Assembly (NCBI GenBank): GCA_963663805.2
Contig: CAXXMR010000014.1
Span: 32,001 to 96,000 of the forward strand
Source: Sedimentisphaerales bacterium
GTDB taxonomy: Bacteria > Planctomycetota > Phycisphaerae > Sedimentisphaerales > SM23-30
Direction: 5' to 3'
Length of the DNA: 64,000 bases
Every line of letters begins with the position of its first letter. The first letter of the stretch is position 1. The position numbers were made by a program, and so were the translations under genes. The notes under the pieces are model-generated. The model did not search any database, was not told the origin of the DNA, and saw nothing but the letters and a program-made list of their open reading frames with translations. Of this stretch, positions 9,700 through 18,106 are shown in pieces.

Positions 9700-10227
9700 T
9701 TAGTTATCGGTTCCGGCACACTCTTTTGTCAGGGGTATCAGATTTTCATTGCCCAGAACCGCGTCGATGTCTAAAAGAATCTTTACGGAACTTCCTATCT
9801 TGCCCATCCCCAGGATAAAACTGGTATCTACGGAAGTGCCAAAACGAGGAGCGTCTTCGATTTGCTCACTGGCAATATCCAAAACTTCCTGAACCCGGTC
9901 AACTACGATCCCCGTATTTACTTGACGGTCATCCAGATTGATTTCGACCACGATGATGCAAGTTTCGTCGTCGGTTTCTACCTTCTCCATTCCAAATTTA
10001 ACCCGCAGGTCGATTACTGGAATTACCTGTCCGCGCAGATTAATTACCCCGCGAACATGTTCGGGCGTCTTGGGGACCGCGGTAACATCGATATAACCGA
10101 TGATTTCCCGGACCTTGAGAATCTCCAGACCGTACTCTTCGTTTCCCAGAGCAAAACTGAGATATTTACCCTCGGTGGACTGGCTGGCTTGCCTGATTTG
10201 TTCCGCTATTGCCGCTGTTTCTGACAT
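9700..10227 (-). CDS. cheW: Chemotaxis coupling protein CheW
   Basis: YLSFALGNEEYG, VPKTPEHVRGVINLRGQVIPVIDLR, GIVVDRVQEV. Confidence 0.96.
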   Translation of the reverse strand: MSETAAIAEQIRQASQSTEGKYLSFALGNEEYGLEILKVREIIGYIDVTAVPKTPEHVRGVINLRGQVIPVIDLRVKFGMEKVETDDETCIIVVEINLDDRQVNTGIVVDRVQEVLDIASEQIEDAPRFGTSVDTSFILGMGKIGSSVKILLDIDAVLGNENLIPLTKECAGTDN

Positions 10228-10342
10228 GACTAATCTCCTGAGTTACTACTCAACCTGTATTAGCTGCATTCGTTCACTAACTCTTCTTTGTACCTTCAAA
10301 ACTATTGTGTTTTGCCCAACTGCAATAGTTGGCATGATTTCG

Positions 10343-10357
10343 GCAAACACAATGCCT
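10343..10357 (-). promoter_or_regulatory. Possible sigma54 (-24/-12) promoter upstream of cheW
   Basis: Minus strand AGGCATTGTGTTTGC with GG and GC at canonical spacing, ~115 nt upstream of the cheW ATG. Confidence 0.4.
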
Positions 10358-10669
10358 ACATCTCCTGTCGACCTAAAAACCGGGACATATAGAAAAAATA
10401 TTGTTCTGCTTATAAGACCAAAAGCTTTTTTTAATAATCCCCGCAGGCAAGCTTCATCACTAATTACTTGAGAACAAAAGCGTTATCACCAAACACCCAC
10501 CTCGTCTATCATTAAAAAACTCATTATTTCTATTAGTCTGTCACATTGATGTTCTACAAATTTCAATGACCTTATCCGATAACAAATTCCGGAAAAATTT
10601 TCCACCTGGAAATATCGGACAGAATAACACTAAAACGGACCAAGTAATGTAAGTGCGAGTGGTGATGTC

Positions 10670-10711
10670 AAAACACAAAAGGCCGACCAAGTGATGAAAC
10701 TCAGCCGGCCC
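10670..10711 (-). terminator. Intrinsic terminator after the second MCP
   Basis: GGCCGAC...GCCGGCC imperfect hairpin preceded by AAAACACAAAA on +. Confidence 0.6.
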
Positions 10712-10748
10712 GATAATCTAATCAGCCCCAATTTATTCAAACAACGTT

Positions 10749-12716
10749 TTATGAGCTAAAATCGCCAAAGTCATCATCCATAGGAATAGCGTGCCTTACT
10801 CGGGCTGAACCGGAGTTTTTCGCAGCGGAGGCGATTCTATGATAGGCGTTATCAACGCTGCCCATGCCGCCTTTGTTTTTATGCACTGACCTGTTTTGAT
10901 TTGAGGAACCACCCACCAGGTCCACCAGCTCCTGTACAATCTGATTCATTTGCCCGGCCTGAGCGGAAAGTTCCTCAGAAGCACTGGCGGACTCTTCGGC
11001 ATTGGCGGCGTTCTGCTGGGTCACAGTATCCATCTGACGCATAGCGGTATTAACCTGCTCGATGCCCTGAGCCTGCTCACGAGAAGCAGCGGCAATTTCG
11101 CTCACCAGCTCAGTGGTTTTGCTTACTCCGTCAACAATTCCGTTCAAGGCCTTGGCGACTTCCTGAGTAATATCTACGCCGTTCTGAGCATTCTTGACCG
11201 ATTCTTCGATCATCGCCGAGGTGTTCTTCGCGGCTTCGGCAGAACGCATTGCCAGATTGCGAACTTCTTCCGCCACGACGGCAAAACCTTTACCGGCTTC
11301 ACCGGCACGGGCAGCCTCTACGGCCGCGTTCAGGGCCAGCAAGTTTGTCTGGAAGGCAATCTCGTCAATAACCTTGATAATCTTGGCGGTCTCGTCACTG
11401 CTGCGTTGGATTTCGTTGATGGCACCGCTCATGCGTTCCATCGACTGGGAACCATCATCGGCAGCCTGACGAGCGGTGTCCGCCAGAGAGTTGGCTTGCT
11501 GGGCATTATCCGCGTTCTTTTTGACCATGGTAGCCATTTCTTCCAGAGAAGCCGATGTCTCCTGCAAAGATGCCGCCTGTTCCGTCGAACCTTCCGCCAG
11601 CGACTGCGAGGCCGAAGACACCTGGCCTGATGCCGAAGCGACCTGTTCGGAACCTTCAGTAAGACCTGCGATAATTCGATTGATAGGCCGGGTTATACCC
11701 AAAGCCAGGAAGATGCCCAAAAATACCGCTAATGCCACACCAATGGCCAAGGCCGTCAGCATTATAAAAGTACTCCGACCAGCGGCCTGCTCACCGGCAT
11801 GGGCCGCTTCTTCAGACATCTCGTGATTTAATGCGATAATCTTATCGAGAACTTTATATGCTCTATCCTGTTTGTCGCGACAGGTAACCATGGCTTGTTC
11901 GCCTATGCCGCGATACAACTCCTGAGCACGACCGATTTCATCACGAATAGTCGTGAATCCGGAGAAAACATTTTCGGCCACGGGAAGCAACTGTTTGTAA
12001 GATTCAACGGCCTGTTCCTGCTGCGAGCTACTGTGGTTCTGTTTGGCTTCTTTTACCAACTCATGAAAACGTTCGTGGGCCTTGCTCATTTGACTAATGG
12101 AATTATTGATATGGTCATTATCCGTCTTAAATTGTGCCGCCCATTTGCCGAAACGACAAGCAGAATGACTTTCTCCACCCTCAAATTCCTTACCCTCATA
12201 AACAAGGTTCGCTACACTACCGATTGCCTTGTAATGGTCGCCGCGAAAACCTTCCAGATATTCCTGCATGAGGTCTGGATTGAGAACATCAATCTTGTCC
12301 AACTCCTGGCAATATTCGGTAAATTTATTATTCTCTATCTTCCATTCATCAATAGCCTTGCCAAACTCATCCCAAAGCGTTAGCTCTTCGGGAGTATGGG
12401 GCAAACCCTCATATTCTTTCCAGGCAGCCAGATAACCATCACGTGCTTTGGCGATATTTTCATACTGGCGTTGGCGAGCCGATTTGTCCAAAGCGGTGCT
12501 GAGCAAAGTACGCTGGGCAGCCTTTAGAAAATTGAGTTCCTGTTTGATTTCCAGTACAGACTGAACGCTCGGCATACGAACCGCACTCATTTCATCCAAA
12601 TGTCCCCTAAGGGTTCCAAGCCCGACAAACCCCACCAGCCCGATAATAGTGGCGATAACCGCTACTACTAAAAAACCCATGATAAGTTTCGCACTCAATC
12701 TCATGTTCTTGAACAT
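10749..12716 (-). CDS. Methyl-accepting chemotaxis protein with a CZB-like insert in the extracytoplasmic 4-helix-bundle region
   Basis: TM1 and TM2, MCP signalling motif, H..., '[10 protein letters not shown]', 'HERFH'; start at ATG 12716 with AGGAG RBS. Confidence 0.93.
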   Translation of the reverse strand: MFKNMRLSAKLIMGFLVVAVIATIIGLVGFVGLGTLRGHLDEMSAVRMPSVQSVLEIKQELNFLKAAQRTLLSTALDKSARQRQYENIAKARDGYLAAWKEYEGLPHTPEELTLWDEFGKAIDEWKIENNKFTEYCQELDKIDVLNPDLMQEYLEGFRGDHYKAIGSVANLVYEGKEFEGGESHSACRFGKWAAQFKTDNDHINNSISQMSKAHERFHELVKEAKQNHSSSQQEQAVESYKQLLPVAENVFSGFTTIRDEIGRAQELYRGIGEQAMVTCRDKQDRAYKVLDKIIALNHEMSEEAAHAGEQAAGRSTFIMLTALAIGVALAVFLGIFLALGITRPINRIIAGLTEGSEQVASASGQVSSASQSLAEGSTEQAASLQETSASLEEMATMVKKNADNAQQANSLADTARQAADDGSQSMERMSGAINEIQRSSDETAKIIKVIDEIAFQTNLLALNAAVEAARAGEAGKGFAVVAEEVRNLAMRSAEAAKNTSAMIEESVKNAQNGVDITQEVAKALNGIVDGVSKTTELVSEIAAASREQAQGIEQVNTAMRQMDTVTQQNAANAEESASASEELSAQAGQMNQIVQELVDLVGGSSNQNRSVHKNKGGMGSVDNAYHRIASAAKNSGSARVRHAIPMDDDFGDFSS

Positions 12717-13134
12717 CTTTGGTTCTCCTATGCAAGAAACCTGATAATCATCTTTCCACAATTTTTTTTCGACAAATCAACAAACTACAGCTACATCTTG
12801 ACTCCCACCTTCTGGTATATTTGTCGGCAACAACCCCACACATATAGAAGTTAAAAATATATAAAAACTTTTATATTTAAGTGGTACCATTATCAAGGTA
12901 GAGGTCCGACCAAAATCAAAGACCTTGGCCAGAAAAGAGTTATGACAGCATAATCGAATGATTCGTCCCTGGCAAAAACATATCATATCGCAAGAGTGGG
13001 ATATAAGCCAAAGCCGATACTCCGATAATCTTTTCCGCCTCTCGCTAAAAATAAAAAAAGCCCGGTCTATTCAAAAGTAAGTTTCCGGCCAAGTACACCT
13101 TGGCTGACAATTGGTGGATTGCGGTTGGGGCGGG

Positions 13135-14658
13135 TTAATTTTGCGGGGTTTTCCAGTTGGCGGGCAGGAGGGTGTCGATTTGGTTGGCGCCGGTGGTGGA
13201 GATTTTTCTGAGGACATAATTGAAATACGCGAATGGGTCGTGATTGTGGAGTTTGCAGCCGGCGACCAGGCTGTAGATTATGGCGGCGCGTTCGGCTCCA
13301 GCTTCGCTGCCGGCGAACATATAATTTTTTCGGCCAATGACTACCATTCTCAGCGTTCGTTCCGAAAGATTATTATCGATGCTCAGCCGTGGGTCGCTGG
13401 TATAGCGGACCAGGGCATCCCACTGGTTCAGGGCGTAGGTGACGGCTTTGCCCATATTATTTTTAGGCAGAACCTGTCCCTGATACTCATCCAGCTTCGC
13501 CCGGATTTCGGCAAAGATCGGCAGGGCTTCTTCCTGGCGGGCTTGCAAAAGTTGCTCCGGCGAATATTTTTCCGCTTTTGCCCGTCGCTCGATTTCATAA
13601 AGCTTACCCCAGAGCACCATAAAATGTGCCGCCCGCACCGGGTCGCTGTCTAAAGCGTATTCAAACTTCCGCCGCGCATGCGCATTACAAGCCACCTCAA
13701 CGGCATCGGTAGCCCGAAACAGTTCATCATAGCCGCTATAAGCATCGGCATGCACAAAACCCTGATAATCTCTGCCGATAAAATTTAGCGGACCTTCGCG
13801 CGAACGCGTCGGCGTAAAATCAAACGCCACATTATAATCAGTATCGATATAAACCCACAAATAGCCCTTATACGTGGATCCTTTACGGTTTTTGCTCTTG
13901 ATGGGGATGGAGGTATCATCGGTATAAATGATTTCCGACTGCTGAATCTTCTCCCGCATACGTTTGACCAGCGGCTCCAGCAGTTCAGCGCAACTGCCCA
14001 CCCAGTCGCACATGGTTGAGACGTTGATTTCCACGCCGTGCCGCTTAATAATACCTTCCAGACGGTTCAACGGCTGGTGGTCCGCATACTTGCTCGTTAT
14101 GATATACGCCAGCAAACCTTCAGCGGGAATGCCTTTGTCGATCGCCATGGGCGGCAGTTCGCCAATCGAGATATTATTCTCGCAAACCTTGCAGGCGTAT
14201 TTGCTTCTGACATAACGCTGAACATAAAAAGATGCGGGCACATAATCCAGCTTTTCGGTTACTTCCTCGCCGATACGTTCTTTTTCGTTATGGCATACCG
14301 GGCAGGTTTTTTCTTCTTCGGCAGGTTCAATGTCGATAGTTTCGCGGCGCAAATTTTCCGGCAGCGGCTTGCGGCCTTGATGATTAGCATTCTTACGGCC
14401 TTTGACAACCTTGGCGCGTGAGGGCTTCTGCTGTTCAATCTTCTGTTGAACTTCCTCGTAAAGATTTTCAAACAACAAACGCTGAGCCGGATCGAGCTTT
14501 TCGCTTTTCTTGCCGAACAACTGCCGCTTGAGATAATACAACTGGCCGCTGAGATCATCAATCTGACCCAACAGCGTCAGAACCATCTCTTTAAGAGTGG
14601 CAACATCATCGGGAAGCTGCTCGACAGAGCTTTGAGCGGTTATCTTTTCAGCCATCAT
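13135..14658 (-). CDS. tnpC: IS66 DDE transposase TnpC
   Basis: Leucine zipper ending FGKKSEK, CPVC/CKVC zinc motif, TDDT, HADAYSGY, CNAHARRKF, IDNNLSERTLR. Confidence 0.96.
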   Translation of the reverse strand: MMAEKITAQSSVEQLPDDVATLKEMVLTLLGQIDDLSGQLYYLKRQLFGKKSEKLDPAQRLLFENLYEEVQQKIEQQKPSRAKVVKGRKNANHQGRKPLPENLRRETIDIEPAEEEKTCPVCHNEKERIGEEVTEKLDYVPASFYVQRYVRSKYACKVCENNISIGELPPMAIDKGIPAEGLLAYIITSKYADHQPLNRLEGIIKRHGVEINVSTMCDWVGSCAELLEPLVKRMREKIQQSEIIYTDDTSIPIKSKNRKGSTYKGYLWVYIDTDYNVAFDFTPTRSREGPLNFIGRDYQGFVHADAYSGYDELFRATDAVEVACNAHARRKFEYALDSDPVRAAHFMVLWGKLYEIERRAKAEKYSPEQLLQARQEEALPIFAEIRAKLDEYQGQVLPKNNMGKAVTYALNQWDALVRYTSDPRLSIDNNLSERTLRMVVIGRKNYMFAGSEAGAERAAIIYSLVAGCKLHNHDPFAYFNYVLRKISTTGANQIDTLLPANWKTPQN

Positions 14659-14774
14659 CAATCCGTAACGTTTAGTAACTTCGTCATCCTTAACGATGAG
14701 ATTATGATAAGCGAAATGATGAAAAAAGCAAGCATAAAAATGAGAAAATATGTAATATTCTTAACTCTAAGAGC

Positions 14775-15134
14775 CTATAGCGAGCTTTTACGCTCATAGC
14801 GTTTTCGGCGGCGACTGCGAAATAAATCAATGCCTTCCAGTATCCAGCTTAGCTTGGCAATATCAACTTCGATTGATGCCTGATTATTTTTGCCGGGGAT
14901 TTTTTCAAACGTGCCTTCCTCCAGCCGCTTATACCAAACGACGAATCCGGTGCGGTCCCAGAAAAGAATCTTACATTTGTCGCCGCGTTTATTGAAGAAC
15001 ACAAACAGATGGCCGCTGAACGAATCTTGAAGCATGAAGTTTTCCGCCAGCATCGAAAGCTTGTTAAAACCGCAACGCATATCCGTCGGCTGAGAGTAAA
15101 TGAAAATCTTCACCGCCGGGGGCAGAGTTAGCAT
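14775..15134 (-). CDS. tnpB: IS66 accessory protein TnpB
   Basis: PTDMRCGF, HLFVFFNKRGDKCKILFWD..GF..W.KRLE.G.F. Confidence 0.96.
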   Translation of the reverse strand: MLTLPPAVKIFIYSQPTDMRCGFNKLSMLAENFMLQDSFSGHLFVFFNKRGDKCKILFWDRTGFVVWYKRLEEGTFEKIPGKNNQASIEVDIAKLSWILEGIDLFRSRRRKRYERKSSL

Positions 15135-15478
15135 AGCTTTGCCTGTTTTAGCGCGGAAAGAACGCCGGTTAAAAATGCATCGTCGATATTTGAAGGTATC
15201 CGCAATGTATGGCCAGCCGCCAGAACAAGCTCCAGAGAACCGGGCTGGGACGGGGGCATCGAAACGCGAATGAAGGCCTCCGGCTGCGCCTCTGACTTGC
15301 TGTCGTAATCAGAGTTTCGGGCTTGGGTCAGACGCCTGCGCCAGGAATAAAAAGATGGCTCAGATAAACCTTCCTGCCGACAAAACTGACGAACGGATAA
15401 CCCACTGGATTGAAATGTCTCCAGCACCATCCGCCAAAACTGCCGCTGTTCCGTATCAGATTTTCGCGCTTTGCCCAT
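15128..15478 (-). CDS. tnpA: IS66 accessory protein TnpA (HTH)
   Basis: SGLSVRQFCRQEGLSEPSFYSWRRRL. Confidence 0.93.
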   Translation of the reverse strand: MGKARKSDTEQRQFWRMVLETFQSSGLSVRQFCRQEGLSEPSFYSWRRRLTQARNSDYDSKSEAQPEAFIRVSMPPSQPGSLELVLAAGHTLRIPSNIDDAFLTGVLSALKQAKLC

Positions 15479-15610
15479 GATTGCCTCTCCATTAAATCAT
15501 GAGCCGTATTATCAATTTTTCAAAGAACCCCGCAAGATGCACTTGGCCGGAACCTTACGTTCAAAAGACCAGGCTTAGAGGGATTTTTGAGTATGGTTAT
15601 AGCAACGTTA

Positions 15611-16825
15611 TTATTTTTTGGTCCGTTTTTGTGGTTTGCTTTTGATGAACCGGTCTATCTGTTTCATGGCCTGACGTAAACGCTGCTCATTTTCGACCAG
15701 AGCGATTCGCAGATAGCCTTCGCCGTTTTCGCCAAAGGCCCGCCCGGGCGCGACCACCACTTCGGCTTTTTCCAGAAGGTCCATCGCGTAATCCAGCGTA
15801 CTCATACCCTTGAGCATATCATCCGGGACTTTCGCCCAGACAAACATTGATGCCCGCGGCTTTTCCACTTCCCAGCCCACGCGTTTAATCCAGTCGCAAA
15901 CAACGTCACGCCGCGATTCATATTTCTTGCACTGATCTTCGATAAACTCATCGCCGTGGCGCATAGCGATAATCGCCGCGATCTGAATCGCCTGAAAAAT
16001 ACCGTAATCGTAATAACCTTTAATGTCGTAAAGCCATTGGATAATGCGTTCGTTACCGGCACAAAAGCCGATACGCCAGCCAGCCATATTGTACGGTTTG
16101 CTCATCGTCGTAAACTCAACGCCGACATCCTTGGCGCCTTTAACCGAAAGAAAACTCGGAGCTTTGTAATCATCGTAACACGTCTCGCCATAAGCGAAGT
16201 CGTGGAACACCACCACATTAAAACGCTTGGCCAGCTTAACAACTTCCTCAAAGAAACCCTGGTCAACCGTCATGGCCGTCGGGTTATGCGGATAGTTCAA
16301 TATCATCAGCCGCGGACGGGGGTAAAGATGTTCACACACATAAGCTATCCGGTCCAGAAACGCCTGGTCACAGCCCAGCGGCACACTGATAACATTACCG
16401 CCGGCCAACGTAACCGCGTAAACATGAATCGCAAAGGCCGGATCCGGCACAATCGCCGTATCACCCGGGCCGAGCATCGCCAGACACGCATGAGAGAAAC
16501 CTTCTTTACTGCCGATGCAGGCGGTTACTTCTTTTTCCGGGTCAAGTTCGACATTCCACTTGCGGGCATATTTCCTGGCCATCTCTTTGCGAAGATTATG
16601 AATACCTTTGACAGCGCTGTAACGATGGTTACGCGGGTCGCGGGCAGCTTCGCACAATTTTTCCACCACGTCGGGCGGGCTGGAATCCAAAGGATTTCCC
16701 ATACCCAAGTCGATAATGTCAATGCCGGCCTGACGCTTTTTTAGTTTAAGAGCGTTCAGCCGCCCAAAAAGGTAAGGGGGCAGACGCTTGATTCTTTCCG
16801 AGGGCTCGATAATAAATTTTGCCAT
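15611..16825 (-). CDS. Class I/II PLP aminotransferase (AlaC/LL-DAP aminotransferase-like)
   Basis: IIDLGMGNP, NYPHNPT, HDFAY, SKPYNMAGWRIG. Confidence 0.92.
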   Translation of the reverse strand: MAKFIIEPSERIKRLPPYLFGRLNALKLKKRQAGIDIIDLGMGNPLDSSPPDVVEKLCEAARDPRNHRYSAVKGIHNLRKEMARKYARKWNVELDPEKEVTACIGSKEGFSHACLAMLGPGDTAIVPDPAFAIHVYAVTLAGGNVISVPLGCDQAFLDRIAYVCEHLYPRPRLMILNYPHNPTAMTVDQGFFEEVVKLAKRFNVVVFHDFAYGETCYDDYKAPSFLSVKGAKDVGVEFTTMSKPYNMAGWRIGFCAGNERIIQWLYDIKGYYDYGIFQAIQIAAIIAMRHGDEFIEDQCKKYESRRDVVCDWIKRVGWEVEKPRASMFVWAKVPDDMLKGMSTLDYAMDLLEKAEVVVAPGRAFGENGEGYLRIALVENEQRLRQAMKQIDRFIKSKPQKRTKK

Positions 16826-16855
16826 GATTATTACTCAAATACAAATGGTTGTAAT

Positions 16856-17977
16856 TTATAAAATAATGTCCAGCGCCTTATCGAGCGTCTGGCAGACAGT
16901 TTCAACTTCTGGTTCACTAAGATTGTTATAGAACGGCAGAGCAATAGTCCGCTCCGCCACGCTTTCAGTGATGGGGTAGTCTCCCATTTGGGTTTCCAGT
17001 TCTTCGGTGATAAAGGGCTGCAAGTGAATCGGGGTGAAATAATTATTGCAGCCGATTCCTTCATTACGCAGATATTCCAGTACCTTGTCACGCTTGCCTG
17101 CTGGTGTCCCTTCCGCCAACTGCACCACAAAAACAAACCAGCTCATCCGGCAACCCACCGGCTCATAAGGCACCACCAGCCGCGAATCATTCCCCAGACG
17201 CTGCTGATAATAGCCCGCCACGCGAGCGCGTTTTTCCACAAACTCCTCTATACGCTTCAACTGCACAATCCCCAAAGCACAATTAATGTCCGACAACCGG
17301 TAATTATACCCCAGCCGGGCATGGGCCAGCCAACCGGCGCCTTCATCACGGCCCTGGTTACGCAGAGACTTACACATTGCCGCGGCTTCATCGTCATCGG
17401 TCAGGATAATCCCACCTTCGCCGGTGGTCATTTGCTTATTGGGATAAAACGCGAACGCCGAAATATCACCTAAAGTACCCACCTTTCGGCCATTGACTAT
17501 GCTGCCCAGAGCTTCGCAGGAATCCTCGATGCACAGCAGGCCTCGTTCCTGACAAAAATCGTAAATCTTGTCCAGCCCCGCGGGATTACCAAAAACTTCG
17601 ACTGGCATTACCGCCTTGGTAGAAGGGGTGACAAGTTCCTTAATCTTTTCCAAGTCAATATTTAAGGATAACTGGTCAATATCGGCGAATACCGGTTTGG
17701 CTCCAACCATCAATATGACATTGGTTGTGGTAATAAAGCTGAACGGAGTGGTGATAACCTCGTCTCCGGGCCCAATTCCCAGGGCGAGCAAAGCCACATA
17801 AAGCGCGCTGGTGCCGCTATTTACGGCGATTCCGTGTTTGCAACCGATATAATCAGCGAAATTCCGTTCAAATTCCGGTAATTTGGGCCCCAGACTCAGA
17901 GTTGTGGTGCTAAGTACGCCCACTACCGCGTCGATTTCAGCCTGAGTTATGTCCGGGCTCGAAAGATTAATCTTCAT
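16856..17977 (-). CDS. DegT/DnrJ/EryC1/StrS sugar aminotransferase
   Basis: NSGTSAL, IEDSCEALG, FYPNKQMTTGEGG, GYNYRL. Confidence 0.95.
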   Translation of the reverse strand: MKINLSSPDITQAEIDAVVGVLSTTTLSLGPKLPEFERNFADYIGCKHGIAVNSGTSALYVALLALGIGPGDEVITTPFSFITTTNVILMVGAKPVFADIDQLSLNIDLEKIKELVTPSTKAVMPVEVFGNPAGLDKIYDFCQERGLLCIEDSCEALGSIVNGRKVGTLGDISAFAFYPNKQMTTGEGGIILTDDDEAAAMCKSLRNQGRDEGAGWLAHARLGYNYRLSDINCALGIVQLKRIEEFVEKRARVAGYYQQRLGNDSRLVVPYEPVGCRMSWFVFVVQLAEGTPAGKRDKVLEYLRNEGIGCNNYFTPIHLQPFITEELETQMGDYPITESVAERTIALPFYNNLSEPEVETVCQTLDKALDIIL

Positions 17978-18106
17978 GTTCCTGCCTTTTCACAAGCGGT
18001 TATCACATCCACAAATCGTGAAATTCTCGCTGAAAATCGCTTGTCAGTCAAGATTATTAAAACCACTTAAATAATTAAGGATTTGTCGCCCGCTTTGGCA
18101 GGCCCA

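Larger units (their letters stand above)
13077..15558 (-). mobile_element. IS66 family insertion sequence (2482 bp)
   Basis: 26-bp TIRs GTAAGTTTCCGGCCAAGTACACCTTG / GTAAGGTTCCGGCCAAGTGCATCTTG (3 mismatches); flanks ATTCAAAA / GTTCAAAA; tnpA-tnpB-tnpC order. Confidence 0.97.

Noticed and set aside
12800..13030. Sigma28 promoters (GCCGA-type -10) upstream of chemotaxis genes
   Set aside because: No matching -35 at the correct spacing, or wrong strand
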